Shown here: in pieces, positions 52,415-62,826 of the stretch | How positions within the stretch are numbered: the stretch's first letter is position 1 | Layout: each line of letters begins with the position of its first letter | Source: an uncultured Actinomycetes bacterium | Lineage (GTDB): Bacteria > Actinomycetota > Thermoleophilia > UBA2241 | Assembly: GCA_963725665.1 (NCBI GenBank) | Contig: CAVRZA010000008.1 | Coordinates: 32,001-96,000 of the forward strand | Direction: 5' to 3' | DNA length: 64,000 nucleotides | Translations under genes and position numbers: made by a program | The notes under the pieces: generated by a model | What the model was told of the DNA's origin: nothing | Database searches by the model: none | Seen by the model: the letters and a program-made list of their open reading frames with translations, nothing else

Positions 52415-53164
52415 GTGAGCTGGCACCTCTTGCGTTTCTCGCGCGCCGGGGCGGCGCGCTACCTCTCGCACCTCGACACGGCGCGGGCGCTGCAGCGCAC
52501 ATTCGCACGCGCCGGCGTGCCGATCGCGCCCTCGCATGGCATGCGTCCCAGGCCGCGCCTCTCGCTCGTCCTGCCGCTGCCGGTCGGTGCAGCCGCCCTG
52601 TGCGAGCTCGCCGTCGTCGAGCTGGCGGAGCCCGAGCCAGCGGATGACCGGGCAAGGGCCCTGGGAGCATCGCACGGCTCGCCGGCGGGGGAGAGCGCTG
52701 CTCAACTCGGCGAAGTGGCCGCGGACGATCGCCTGGTCCGGCTGCGCGCCGCGGCGCCGGAGGGCATCGGCATCGAGGCTCTCGAGGCCGCCGCGGCGCG
52801 CCCGCGCCCGGTGGCCGTGAGCGCCGACTACGAGTGTGAGCTGGCGGCGAGGCCCGAGCGCCTGGCGCCGGCTCTCGCCTGGTTCGACGAGCAAGAGCAC
52901 GTTGCGACGGAGCGCATCTCGCCCAAAGGGACGAAGATGGTCGACCTGCGGCACTACGTCGGCGGGGTGTTCGTGAGAAGGTCGCTAAGCGGCTCGCGGC
53001 TTGGTTTCACGGTGCGCTACGAGAGCGCCGGCGCCGCCAGACCCGAGGAGTTCGTCCGCCTGCTGGCCGTCAGGGCCGGGGTGGACCCGGTGATGCGCGA
53101 CCTCGTGAGGACGCGCGTCGCCTACAGGGAATCGCGCGACTGTGGTCGCGCAGGCAAGGAGTGA
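52415..53164 (+). CDS. TIGR03936 radical SAM-linked protein
   Basis: RYLSHLD..RTFARAG, PRPRLS..PLPVG. Confidence 0.85.
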   Translation: MSWHLLRFSRAGAARYLSHLDTARALQRTFARAGVPIAPSHGMRPRPRLSLVLPLPVGAAALCELAVVELAEPEPADDRARALGASHGSPAGESAAQLGEVAADDRLVRLRAAAPEGIGIEALEAAAARPRPVAVSADYECELAARPERLAPALAWFDEQEHVATERISPKGTKMVDLRHYVGGVFVRRSLSGSRLGFTVRYESAGAARPEEFVRLLAVRAGVDPVMRDLVRTRVAYRESRDCGRAGKE

Positions 53165-56055
53165 ACGATATGGACGACAGTGACGAACGGCCTTTGAGGC
53201 CGGAGGACGACTCCGGCACGACGGCAGACCCCGGTGACGGGGCCGGAGATGGCGTGGCGGGAGAAGGCGGCGACGCCGTTTCTTCGCCGCGCCGTCGCCG
53301 GCGCGGCCGCCGCGGAGGGCGGCGTCACCGGCGCAAGGATGCCGGTGGCGAGGAGCAGGCGGCGGAGGCGGCGGGGGAGCCCAGAGCGGCTCCGACCGAA
53401 GCGGTCGAGCCGGAGCTCGCGCGCGAGGGCGTGGCGGCCGGCGTCGTCGAGCCGGCGAAGAAGCGGGGCGCGCGTCGCCGTCGCAGCCCGGCGGAGGCTC
53501 CGGCGCAGGCCGCCGAAGGGGTAGTGGGCGGCGAGGTGGCGGCGGCAGAAGAGCGCCCGGCTGCCGAGCCGGCGAAGCGACCGCGTGGTCGGCGACGGGC
53601 GAAAGCCGCCGGCCCTCCGAGAGAGGGATCCGGAGGCGAGGTTGCGGATGCGTCTGGAGAAGGGGGCGAGGCAGGCGTGCCGACCGCGGCCGAGGTCGCA
53701 CCTGCGGCTGAAGCGCCGCCTGGGGCAGCAGCGACGCTCGAGGCCGCAGCGACGCCCGACAGCGAGGCGCCGGCGCAGCACAAGAAGCGCTCGCGGCGGC
53801 GGCGTCCGACGAGCGCCGCGAGTCCAGCGGAAGCGCCGGCAGCGGCGTCCGAGGTGCCGGCGGCGGACACAGCCGAGCCCTCGCCAGCGGTCGTCGGACG
53901 CCGGGGGGAGGCGGCTGCCGAGGCGCTCGGCGTCGACGAGGCCTCCGGTCCGCGCGAGTCGGGCATGCCGAAGCGGCGCGGTCACCGCGGCGGTCGCGGC
54001 CGTCGCAAGACGCTCGCCGCGCCGGATGAAGGCCCGGCGGTCGAGCTGACGGAGCCGGTCGCCGCCGTCGAGGCGCCCAGAGCAGCGCCGGCCCCGCCCG
54101 AGACACTGGGCGCGGCGGCCGCCGAGGGGGGCGAGCCGGCTGCGCCGGCTCGCCGCAGCCGCGGCGGCCGCCGCCGGCGCAAGGTCGCCGGCGAGCATCC
54201 GTCGCCGGGTCACGGGACGGTCGAGCGAGGCTCCGAGCTCTCTGCCGACGCGCCGGTGGCCGAGGGGGTCACAGCGGCGCTTCAGGCGCGCGAGGAGGCC
54301 GGCGAGGAAGAGGAGCCCGCCCGCCGCGGCGGGCGGGGCCGGCGCCAGCTCCCCAGAGTGGGTGCGGTCGAGCCCGAGCTGCCCGAGCACAAGGAGATGC
54401 TCGTCACCGTCGAGGGCGACGAGCTGCGCGTAGCGCTCGTCGAGGACGGGCGTCTAGCCGAGATCTACATCGAGCGCCCCGGCAAGCGGTCGTACGCAGG
54501 CAACATCTACCATGGCAAGGTCGACAACGTCATCCCCGGGATGGACGCCGCCTTCGTCGAGATCGGCCTCGAAAAGAACGGCTTCCTCTACGTCGACGAG
54601 GTCGCGGTCGACGACGAGGAGAAGCGGCCCAAGCACATCACCGAGGTGCTCAAACCGCGCCAGGAGCTGCTCGTGCAGGTCATGAAAGACCCCATGGGCA
54701 GCAAGGGCGCCCGCCTCACCGGACAGCTGTCGCTGGCGGGGCGCTATCTCGTGTACGTGCCCGGAGGCAGCGGCGTGGGCGTCTCGCGACGCCTCGGGGC
54801 GGCCGAGCGCGACCGCCTGCGCGACCTCTGCAAGCAGCTGCGCCCCAAGAAGGCGGGGCTGATAGTGCGCACGGTCGCCGAGGGCAAGGGCCTCGATGAG
54901 CTGCACCGTGACCTCCAGTACCTCTCCCGTCTCTGGTCGCGCCTCAAGGCGCGCGCGGAGAAGATCCCCGCCCCGGGTCTGCTCTACGAAGAGGCCGACG
55001 TGTCGCTGCAGGTCGCCCGCGATCTCTTCAACGACACCTTCGAGGCGGTGATCGTCGACGACAAGAAACAGCGCGACAAGTTCGTCGCCTACCTGCAGAA
55101 GGAAGCGCCGGAGCTCGCCGACCGCGTGCGCCCCTACGAGGGTGAACAGCCCCTGTTCGACGCCTACGGGATCGAGGAGCAGATCGCCAAGGCCCTCGAA
55201 CGTCGCGTACGCCTGCCCAGCGGCGGCAACATCGTCATCGACCATACCGAGGCCTTCACTGTGATCGACGTGAACACCGGCCGCTACACGGCGGGCCGCA
55301 ACCTCGAGGAGACGATCACCAAGACGAACCTCGAGGCGGCGCGGGAGGTCGTGCGCCAGCTGCGTCTGCGCGACATCGGCGGCATCATCATCATCGACTT
55401 CATCGACATGGCCTACGCGCGCAACCGCGAGGCGGTGCTGGCGAAGCTACAGGCCGAGCTCGACACCGACCGCACGAAGACATACGTGGTCGAGATCTCG
55501 CCCCTGGGGCTCGTCGAGATGACGCGTCAGAACATTACCGACGGAGCGCGCGGCGTCCTGACCAAGGAGTGCCCCAGCTGCTCCGGCAGGGCGCGCATCT
55601 TCTCCGAGGACACGGCGGCACGTAACGCGGTGCGTGAGGTGCGCCGGCAGGCCAAGGCGTCGCCGCACCAGGCCTTCTTGTACGAGGTGAACCACCTCGT
55701 GGGCGAGCGCATAGCCGGCATGGGCTGGCTCAAGGCTCTCGAGAAGGAGACGGGCAAGCACATCTTCCTCGAGGGCTCGCAGGCCCTGCCGGTCGACACC
55801 CTGAAGCTCATCGTCGCGGGGACGCGCGAGGACGTCGAGCGGCAGCGCATCCCCGTGCGCGAGGGACAGGAGCTCGAGGTCGAGCTCGAGCACACGCTGA
55901 CCTACAGCCCGGGTGACGCCGTGGCGCACGTCGACGGGTACGAGATCACCGTGCTCGGAGGACGGCCCTCCCTGGGCAAGCGCAGGGCGGTGAAGGTGAC
56001 CTCGATGTCGCGCACCGGCGCCTTCGCGACGCTGATGGGGAAGGGCAGGCACTGA
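53161..56055 (+). CDS. rne: RNase E/G with long disordered N-terminus and C-terminal TRAM-like domain
   Basis: GNIYHGKV S1 domain, IDVNTG, LRDIGGIIIIDFIDM, CPSC. Confidence 0.92.
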   Translation: MNDMDDSDERPLRPEDDSGTTADPGDGAGDGVAGEGGDAVSSPRRRRRGRRGGRRHRRKDAGGEEQAAEAAGEPRAAPTEAVEPELAREGVAAGVVEPAKKRGARRRRSPAEAPAQAAEGVVGGEVAAAEERPAAEPAKRPRGRRRAKAAGPPREGSGGEVADASGEGGEAGVPTAAEVAPAAEAPPGAAATLEAAATPDSEAPAQHKKRSRRRRPTSAASPAEAPAAASEVPAADTAEPSPAVVGRRGEAAAEALGVDEASGPRESGMPKRRGHRGGRGRRKTLAAPDEGPAVELTEPVAAVEAPRAAPAPPETLGAAAAEGGEPAAPARRSRGGRRRRKVAGEHPSPGHGTVERGSELSADAPVAEGVTAALQAREEAGEEEEPARRGGRGRRQLPRVGAVEPELPEHKEMLVTVEGDELRVALVEDGRLAEIYIERPGKRSYAGNIYHGKVDNVIPGMDAAFVEIGLEKNGFLYVDEVAVDDEEKRPKHITEVLKPRQELLVQVMKDPMGSKGARLTGQLSLAGRYLVYVPGGSGVGVSRRLGAAERDRLRDLCKQLRPKKAGLIVRTVAEGKGLDELHRDLQYLSRLWSRLKARAEKIPAPGLLYEEADVSLQVARDLFNDTFEAVIVDDKKQRDKFVAYLQKEAPELADRVRPYEGEQPLFDAYGIEEQIAKALERRVRLPSGGNIVIDHTEAFTVIDVNTGRYTAGRNLEETITKTNLEAAREVVRQLRLRDIGGIIIIDFIDMAYARNREAVLAKLQAELDTDRTKTYVVEISPLGLVEMTRQNITDGARGVLTKECPSCSGRARIFSEDTAARNAVREVRRQAKASPHQAFLYEVNHLVGERIAGMGWLKALEKETGKHIFLEGSQALPVDTLKLIVAGTREDVERQRIPVREGQELEVELEHTLTYSPGDAVAHVDGYEITVLGGRPSLGKRRAVKVTSMSRTGAFATLMGKGRH

Positions 56056-56073
56056 CGGGCGGCTTCGCGCGCG

Positions 56074-56121
56074 GGCGCGACCGGCGCCGCGGGGAGCCGT
56101 CCCCGCGGCGCCGGTCGCGCC
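56074..56121 (+). terminator. Perfect 22-bp stem hairpin after rne
   Basis: GGCGCGACCGGCGCCGCGGGGA-GCCG-TCCCCGCGGCGCCGGTCGCGCC. Confidence 0.75.
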
Positions 56122-56130
56122 TGGCCTTCG

Positions 56131-56159
56131 TTGACACCCAAAGGGGCGTTGGCTATCAT
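56131..56159 (+). promoter_or_regulatory. rplU promoter
   Basis: TTGACA-17 nt-TATCAT. Confidence 0.75.
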
Positions 56160-56188
56160 CGGCGGTCGTTGCGTTGCGGGGAGTGAGC

Positions 56189-56551
56189 ATGGCGAAGGCC
56201 GGCAAGGACGAGGTCGTGTACGCGATCGTGCGCGTGGGCGGCAAGCAGTACAAGGTCGCCGCAGGCGATGTGATCGAGGTCGACCGCGTGGGCACCGACG
56301 AGGGCAAGAGCATCACCCTGGAGCCGCTCGCGGTGCGCACCGCCGACGGCATCTTCGACGCCGCCCGGCTCAAGGGCGCCCGCGTCAAGGCCACCGTGCA
56401 GGAGCACTTCCTGGGCCCCAAGATCCGCGTGTTCACCTACAAGCCCAAGACGACCTACAAGAAGATGCGTGGCCATCGCTCTCGCCTCTCCCGTCTGGCG
56501 ATCGATGCGATCACGCTCAAGGAAGCCAAGGAGAAGGACGTTGGCGCATAA
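56189..56551 (+). CDS. rplU: 50S ribosomal protein L21
   Basis: [16 protein letters not shown]. Confidence 0.95.
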   Translation: MAKAGKDEVVYAIVRVGGKQYKVAAGDVIEVDRVGTDEGKSITLEPLAVRTADGIFDAARLKGARVKATVQEHFLGPKIRVFTYKPKTTYKKMRGHRSRLSRLAIDAITLKEAKEKDVGA

Positions 56552-56795
56552 GAAGGGCGGCGGCACCAGCCGCAACGGCCGCGACTCCGAATCGAAGAGG
56601 CTGGGCGTCAAGGCGTACGCCGGCCAGGTCGTGCCGGCGGGCTCCATCATCGTGCGCCAGCGCGGCACCAGGTTCCGTCCCGGCTCCGGCACCGGCATCG
56701 GCGTCGACCACACGATCTTCGCCATCGTCGGCGGCCGCATCGAGTTCACCAAGGGCGGCGCCGGGCGCGTCATCTCCGTCATCCCCGAGGGCTGA
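56541..56795 (+). CDS. rpmA: 50S ribosomal protein L27 (short form)
   Basis: [20 protein letters not shown]; TTG start. Confidence 0.96.
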   Translation: MAHKKGGGTSRNGRDSESKRLGVKAYAGQVVPAGSIIVRQRGTRFRPGSGTGIGVDHTIFAIVGGRIEFTKGGAGRVISVIPEG

Positions 56796-56831
56796 CGCCC
56801 AAGCCCGGCTGATCGCCGGACCCACCGCTCC

Positions 56832-58097
56832 ATGCAGGACCACGCCAAGATCGATGTGCGTGGCGGCAACGGCGGTGCGGGGTCGGCCAGCTTCAGGCGC
56901 GAGAAGCACGTCCCCAAGGGCGGGCCCGATGGCGGCGACGGGGGCAAAGGCGGCGACGTCCACCTCCAGGCGACGCGTCAGATCCGTGATCTCTCTCCCT
57001 TCCGTCAGAAGGTGCACGTGCGCGCCGGCGACGGCGGCCACGGCCGGGGCGGCAACAAGCGTGGGCGCGACGGTGATGACGCCGTGGTCGAGGTGCCCGT
57101 GGGTACCGAGGTGCGCATCGACGGCGCATTGATCGCCGACCTCGTCGTCGAGGGGCAGCGTGCGCTCGTGGCGGCCGGCGGGGAGGGAGGCCGCGGCAAC
57201 ACCTGCTTCGTCTCCTCCACACGCCGCGCGCCGCGGTTCGCCGAGAAGGGTCTCCCGGGCGAGGAACGCTGGATCGAGCTCACGCTCAAGCTGCTCGCCG
57301 ACGTCGGCTTCGTCGGCCTGCCCAACGCGGGCAAGTCCTCTCTGCTCGCCGCGCTCACCCGGGCGCGGCCGAAGATAGCCCCGTACCCGTTCACCACGCT
57401 CGAGCCCAATCTCGGCACGGTGATCATCGACGAGCGCCAGATCGTGCTCGCCGACATCCCCGGCTTGGTCGAAGGCGCCAGCGCCGGCGTGGGTCTCGGG
57501 GACCGTTTTCTCGCGCACGTCGAGCGCACGGCGGTGCTCCTGTACGTCGTCGACGTGTCGCAGGGCGCCGACGCCGCCTGCGCCGCGGCTCGCACCGTGC
57601 GCGATGAACTGATGGCCTTCTCCCCGGCGCTCCTGACGCGCCCGGCGCTGTGCGCGCTCAACAAAGCCGACCTCGTGGGAGCCGGCGAGGCGAGCGCTGC
57701 GGTGGCGTCGCTGCAGAGTGTGGGTCTCGATTGGGCGGCGGCGCCGTCGGCGACCTCGGCCGTGACCGGCTCTGGCGTAGAGGAGCTGGTGGTGGCGCTG
57801 GGGCGGGCGCTGGCGGCGGTCGAGCCGCCGCCAGCGCCCGCCCCAGCGCCACCCGTCTTGCGCCCCGGAGAGGACCGTGTGAGCGCCTTCACCGTTGCGC
57901 GCGAGGAAGAGGGCTTCCGCATCGTCGGCGCGGCGCTCGAACGCCTGGTCGCCAAGACGGAGCTCTCCAACGACGAGGCGGTGCGCTACCTGCAGGAGGT
58001 CATGGAGAGAGCCGGGGTGAGCGAGGCGCTGCGTCGCGCAGGGGCTCAGCCGGGCAACGCCGTCGTCATCGGCGAGCACGAGTTCGAGTTTGCGTGA
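56832..58097 (+). CDS. obg: Obg GTPase
   Basis: GGPDGGDGG, GLPNAGKS, YPFTT, DIPG, NKAD. Confidence 0.96.
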   Translation: MQDHAKIDVRGGNGGAGSASFRREKHVPKGGPDGGDGGKGGDVHLQATRQIRDLSPFRQKVHVRAGDGGHGRGGNKRGRDGDDAVVEVPVGTEVRIDGALIADLVVEGQRALVAAGGEGGRGNTCFVSSTRRAPRFAEKGLPGEERWIELTLKLLADVGFVGLPNAGKSSLLAALTRARPKIAPYPFTTLEPNLGTVIIDERQIVLADIPGLVEGASAGVGLGDRFLAHVERTAVLLYVVDVSQGADAACAAARTVRDELMAFSPALLTRPALCALNKADLVGAGEASAAVASLQSVGLDWAAAPSATSAVTGSGVEELVVALGRALAAVEPPPAPAPAPPVLRPGEDRVSAFTVAREEEGFRIVGAALERLVAKTELSNDEAVRYLQEVMERAGVSEALRRAGAQPGNAVVIGEHEFEFA

Positions 58098-58131
58098 GCG
58101 CGAATAGGGCAGAAGGAGCAGCGGGAGCGAC

Positions 58132-59235
58132 GTGAAGACGATCGTGGTCAAGTTCGGTTCGAGCACGGTGACGGGGCCGCGCGGACGGCTGCGGCGAGCC
58201 GTGATCGCCGCCCGCGCGGGCGAGATCGCCGATCTGCTCGCGGCCGGTCACCACGTCGTCGTCGTCTCGAGCGGGGCGATCGCCTGCGGCCAGGCGCTGC
58301 TGGAGATGGGCGAGCGCCCACGCGAGATGGCGGCGCTGCAGGCGGCCTCGGCCGTCGGCCAGGGCCGCCTTTTCGCCGCCTGGTCGCGGGCGCTCGCCCG
58401 CCAGGGGCGGATCGCCGCGCAAGTGCTCCTCACGAGTGCCGACATCGCCGAGCGGACGGCCTACGTGAACGCCCGCCACACACTGCGGCGGCTGCTGCGC
58501 TGGGGGGTCGTGCCCGTGGTGAACGAGAACGACACCACGGCCACCGACGAGATCCGTTTCGGCGACAACGACATCCTGGCGGCACAGGTCGCCATCATGC
58601 TGCGCGCCGATCTACTGCTGCTCCTCACCGACCGCGGCGGGCTCTATACGAGCGACCCTTCGCGCGACCCTCAGGCGCGCTTGATAGAGGAGCTGAGCGG
58701 CGGTGCGGGCATCACCCAGGCGGAGCTGCACGACCACAGTGGCGGAGCCGGGGGCATGCGCGGCAAGGTGGCCGCCGCTCTTATGGCGGCGGCGGCCGAC
58801 GTGCCCGTAGTGATCGCCGACGGCGCCGCTCCCGCGGTGATTGCGCGCGCCGCTGAGGGCGAGCCGGTCGGCACGAGCGTGCGCGCGCAGAGCGGCGGGG
58901 AGCCCGCCTTCAAGCTCTGGCTGCGCTACGCGAAGCCGGTACGCGGGGCGCTCGACATCGACGAGGGGGCCGCGCGCGCCCTGCGGGAGACGGGGGCAAG
59001 CCTCCTGCCGGTCGGTGTGCTGGACGTCCATGGTACCTTTAGCGCGGGAGACGCCGTGGTGCTGCGCGATCCCGCCGGTCGTGAGGTCGCACACGGCGTC
59101 GCCGCGATGAGCGCTCGCGAGGTGCGGCGCGTCACCGGCCTGCGCAGCGAGGAGGCTCGCAGGCTGCTGCCGCACGTGGGCGACGAAGTGGTGCACCGGG
59201 ACCGCCTGGTGCTCAGCGACGAGGAGGACGTGTGA
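58132..59235 (+). CDS. proB: Glutamate 5-kinase
   Basis: VKFGSS, VSSGA, NENDT, FGDND, PUA domain. Confidence 0.95.
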   Translation: MKTIVVKFGSSTVTGPRGRLRRAVIAARAGEIADLLAAGHHVVVVSSGAIACGQALLEMGERPREMAALQAASAVGQGRLFAAWSRALARQGRIAAQVLLTSADIAERTAYVNARHTLRRLLRWGVVPVVNENDTTATDEIRFGDNDILAAQVAIMLRADLLLLLTDRGGLYTSDPSRDPQARLIEELSGGAGITQAELHDHSGGAGGMRGKVAAALMAAAADVPVVIADGAAPAVIARAAEGEPVGTSVRAQSGGEPAFKLWLRYAKPVRGALDIDEGAARALRETGASLLPVGVLDVHGTFSAGDAVVLRDPAGREVAHGVAAMSAREVRRVTGLRSEEARRLLPHVGDEVVHRDRLVLSDEEDV

Positions 59236-60479
59236 CGGTCGAGGAGCTCTGCGCCGCCGCCAAACGCGCCTCTCGAGGCCTGGCGACTCTGCCGCGCGAG
59301 GGTAAGGACGAGGCCCTGCGCGAGGTCGCCGAGGCGCTCGAGCGGCGCGCCGACGAGATCCTGCGCGAGAACGCCGAGGATCTCAAGATGGCGCGCAGCG
59401 AGCATCTGCCCGAGGCGCTCGTCGATCGCCTTCTGCTCGACGAAGACCGCCTGCGTGACATCGTGACCTCGGTCCGCGCCGTGATGGCCCTCGACGACCC
59501 CGTGGGTCGGGTGACGCGGGGCTGGCGCTTGCGCAACGGTCTCGAGGTGCGCAAGCAGCGGGTGCCGTTCGGGGTCGTGGCCGTGGTCTACGAGGCGCGG
59601 CCGAACGTCACCGTCGACGCCGCCGTCCTGTGCCTGAAGACGGGCAACGCCGTGATACTGCGCGGCGGCCGCGCCGCCAAGCACTCGAACCGCATCCTGG
59701 CAGAGGTCGTGCAGGGCGCCGTCATCGAGGCGGGCCTGCCGGCGGCGGCCGTCTCGTACCTCGCTGCCGAACGTGACACACTGCTCGAGCTCGTCCGGCA
59801 GCGCGGCGCGGTCGACCTTGTGATCCCGCGCGGCGGGGAAGAGCTCAAGGAGTTCCTACTCGAGCACAGCCGCGTGCCGGTCATCTACGCCGCCGGCGGC
59901 AACTGCCACGTCTACGTCGACGCCACCGCGGACCTCGAGAAGGCACAGCGCATCGTGATCAACGCCAAGGTGCAGCGTCCGGGAGTCTGCAACTCGGCCG
60001 AGACCTTGCTCGTTCACCGCGAGGTGGCGGCGGAGTTCCTCCCCAAGGTGTTTGCCGAGCTCAAGGCGCGGGGCGTCGAACTCGTCGTCGACAAGGCGGC
60101 GGCTGAGGTCGTCGACGACGCGTCGCTCAAGCGCGCCAACCGGACGCACTACGAGACGGAGTTCCTGAGTCTCAAGCTGGCAGTTCGCGTGGTCGACTCC
60201 CTCGACGAGGCCGTCGAGCACATCGCCACCTACGGGACCGGGCACTCCGAGGCCATCGTCACCGAGGACCTCGAGGCGGCGCGGCGCTTCACCCAGCTCG
60301 TCGACGCGGCCTGCGTCTACGTCAACGCGTCGACGCGCTTCACCGACGGCGGTGAGTTCGAGCTCGGCGCCGAGATCGGCATCTCGACCCAGAAGCTGCA
60401 CGCGCGTGGGCCTCTCGCGCTCGAGGAGCTCACGTGCGAGAAGTACGTCGTCTGGGGCGAGGGCCAGGTCCGCACGTGA
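59232..60479 (+). CDS. proA: Gamma-glutamyl phosphate reductase
   Basis: YEARPNVT, CNSAETL, NASTRFTDG, STQKLHARGP. Confidence 0.96.
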   Translation: MTVEELCAAAKRASRGLATLPREGKDEALREVAEALERRADEILRENAEDLKMARSEHLPEALVDRLLLDEDRLRDIVTSVRAVMALDDPVGRVTRGWRLRNGLEVRKQRVPFGVVAVVYEARPNVTVDAAVLCLKTGNAVILRGGRAAKHSNRILAEVVQGAVIEAGLPAAAVSYLAAERDTLLELVRQRGAVDLVIPRGGEELKEFLLEHSRVPVIYAAGGNCHVYVDATADLEKAQRIVINAKVQRPGVCNSAETLLVHREVAAEFLPKVFAELKARGVELVVDKAAAEVVDDASLKRANRTHYETEFLSLKLAVRVVDSLDEAVEHIATYGTGHSEAIVTEDLEAARRFTQLVDAACVYVNASTRFTDGGEFELGAEIGISTQKLHARGPLALEELTCEKYVVWGEGQVRT

Positions 60480-61093
60480 CGGCCGCCGCCGACGATCGCC
60501 CCGCCCTCGGCGTGCTCGGCGGCAGCTTCAACCCGCCCCACGTCGGTCATCTCGTCGTCGCCTCCGACGCGTGCGCCCAACTGGGCCTCGAGCGCGTGCT
60601 GTTCGTACCGGCGGCCGCGCCGCCGCACAAGCACATGGCCGACGGCGTGCCCGCCGACATACGCCTCGAGATGACGCGGCGCGCCGTCGCCGGCGACGCT
60701 CGCTTCGTCGTCTCGACGGTGGAGATCGACGAGCGCCTGCGCTACACGGTCGACACTGTGAAGGCGCTGCAGACGGCTCACCCCGGGCGGCGTCTCTACT
60801 TCATCATCGGGTCGGACTCACTGCTGCAGTTCGCGACCTGGCATCGACCGCAGAGCATTCTCGCCGCCTGTCGGCTGGCGGTGGCGTTCCGTCCTGGCGA
60901 CGACCGCGCGGCCGTCGCCGAGGCCCAGGCCGCGTGGGGAAGCGAACGCGTCGTGCTCCTCGACAACGTCGGCATCGACGTCTCCTCGAGCCTGCTGCGC
61001 GAGCGCGTGCGCCGGGGGGCGCCGATACGCTACCTCGTCCCACCGGCGGTCGACGAGATGATCGTGCGTCTGGGGCTGTACAAGGCGCCGTGA
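60476..61093 (+). CDS. nadD: Nicotinate-nucleotide adenylyltransferase
   Basis: GGSFNPPHVGH, PPHK, IGSDS, VSSS. Confidence 0.93.
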   Translation: MTAAADDRPALGVLGGSFNPPHVGHLVVASDACAQLGLERVLFVPAAAPPHKHMADGVPADIRLEMTRRAVAGDARFVVSTVEIDERLRYTVDTVKALQTAHPGRRLYFIIGSDSLLQFATWHRPQSILAACRLAVAFRPGDDRAAVAEAQAAWGSERVVLLDNVGIDVSSSLLRERVRRGAPIRYLVPPAVDEMIVRLGLYKAP

Positions 61094-61644
61094 CGCTGCG
61101 CGATGCCGAGGTGCTGATCGAGGGGCGGCTGCCGCCGCGACTGCTGGCCCATTCGCGGCGCGTCGCCGACACGGCCGCCGAGCTCGCCAAGGCCTGGGGC
61201 GCCGACCCAGAGGCGGCGCGTCTCGCCGGCCTCCTGCACGACTACTGTCGCGATCTCTCGTCGGAGGAGACCCTCGCTCAGGCGGAGGCGGCCGGGCTCG
61301 CGATCGGCCCTCTAGAGCGAGCCCGGCCGCGACAGCTCCTGCACGCGCCGCTCGCCGCTGCGCAGCTTGCGGAGCGCGGCTTGAGCGAGGCCTGCCTGCG
61401 CGCCATCGCCACGCACACGGTGGGGGGCGGCGGCATGGACCCCCTCCAGAAGTGCGTTTATCTTGCCGATGCTATCGAACCGGGACGTGACTACCCCGGC
61501 GTGGAGGAGCATCGTGGCCTGGCGGCGAACTCGCTCGACGATGCGTTGCGGTCGCTCGTGCGTCTGACGATCGTCGACCTCGTCGAGAGGCAGCGGCCGC
61601 TGCATCCCGCGACGGTGGCGCTATACAACGAGTTGCATGGCTAA
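61090..61644 (+). CDS. yqeK: HD-family Ap4A hydrolase YqeK
   Basis: HSRRV, LLHD, HT.G, ADAIEPGR; follows nadD. Confidence 0.85.
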   Translation: MTLRDAEVLIEGRLPPRLLAHSRRVADTAAELAKAWGADPEAARLAGLLHDYCRDLSSEETLAQAEAAGLAIGPLERARPRQLLHAPLAAAQLAERGLSEACLRAIATHTVGGGGMDPLQKCVYLADAIEPGRDYPGVEEHRGLAANSLDDALRSLVRLTIVDLVERQRPLHPATVALYNELHG

Positions 61645-62782
61645 GCAAAGACACGGATATCGGGCCCAGCGGCTGGCGCGGCGTCGCTCCGAGCGGTCGC
61701 ACTCCTGGCAGAGCATCGCCCTGTACGTGCTCGCCGGCGTGGTGACGTTCGCGGCGGTAATGGGTTCGGTATACCTCGCCCGGCGTCTCACCGCCAAGCA
61801 TGTGCGCCCGACCGACGCGAGCTTCATCGCCCTGGTGCGCGTGGGCGCGGGGGAGAAGGGAACGAGTCCCTTGAGCGCCCTACTCCTCTACGACCAGCCC
61901 AAGCGGTCCTACTCGCTATTCACGATCCCTCGCTCGACGCTCCTCGTCGGCTTGCAGGACGAGTACCTCCTGGCCGGCGACATCACCGCGCAGCCGGAGT
62001 ACGCGGCGATCTTGGGCAAGCTCATCAACGCCCCGCTGCAGTACCGGCTCGACCTCTCCTACGAGGGGCTCCAGAAGCTCGCGGGGAGCAGCCGGCTCGG
62101 TGTCGAGCTGGCGCGCCCGGCCACCGTGCAGTTCAGCGGCGCCTGGCACAGCTACAAAGGCCGCTTCAGCCTGCCCGCGTCGATGCTGGCGGCGGCCCTG
62201 AGTGCGCCCGGCAAGACGGGGACAGAAGAGGCGGCCTTCGACATGGCTGTGCTGCGCGCCGTCCTCGAAGCGGCGGCCGTGAACAGGACGGGGGCGTCGA
62301 CCGCCGTCGAGGCCGTCGCCGCCGGCGACGGCACGAAGCCGGCCGACGCCCGCACCATCCTGCGCGCCGTGCTCGGCGGTCACGTCTGGGTCGGCATGCT
62401 CCCGGCCACCGGTCGCGTGTCGGAGGGGCAGTTCGTCTACCGGCCCGACAACGACCAGATCCTCGCCCAGATCACGCGTCGCGCGCCCGGCTACCGCTCG
62501 AAGTTCACGGTGCAGATCGAGAACGGATCGGGTCTCGCCGGCATCGGGCAGCTGGTCGCCAAGCGCCTGGCGATCCTCGACGTGAACCTGCCGCAGCCCA
62601 AGAACGCCGACTCGTTCGACTACCGGCGGACGCAGATCTACGCCGGCTCTGACGCCTTCACGGTCGCGGGCGACGTGCGTGCTATACTGCGCCGTGGCGC
62701 GGTGCTGCGCGGGGCCGATCTGCCCCCGAACGGCATCGTGGTGATTGTCGGCCAGGACATGAAACCAAGCGAGCTACGGTAG
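61637..62782 (+). CDS. LCP-like protein with LytR C-terminal domain
   Basis: N-terminal TM, TIPR, VQIENGSG..NADSFDY..VIVGQD. Confidence 0.75.
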   Translation: MAKQRHGYRAQRLARRRSERSHSWQSIALYVLAGVVTFAAVMGSVYLARRLTAKHVRPTDASFIALVRVGAGEKGTSPLSALLLYDQPKRSYSLFTIPRSTLLVGLQDEYLLAGDITAQPEYAAILGKLINAPLQYRLDLSYEGLQKLAGSSRLGVELARPATVQFSGAWHSYKGRFSLPASMLAAALSAPGKTGTEEAAFDMAVLRAVLEAAAVNRTGASTAVEAVAAGDGTKPADARTILRAVLGGHVWVGMLPATGRVSEGQFVYRPDNDQILAQITRRAPGYRSKFTVQIENGSGLAGIGQLVAKRLAILDVNLPQPKNADSFDYRRTQIYAGSDAFTVAGDVRAILRRGAVLRGADLPPNGIVVIVGQDMKPSELR

Positions 62783-62826
62783 CAACGGACTCCTCCAGGC
62801 AGAACTCACTCGACCTCGCGCTCGAG

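Noticed and set aside
56541-56795. No prp protease gene between rplU and rpmA
   Set aside because: Expected, since L27 here lacks the N-terminal extension
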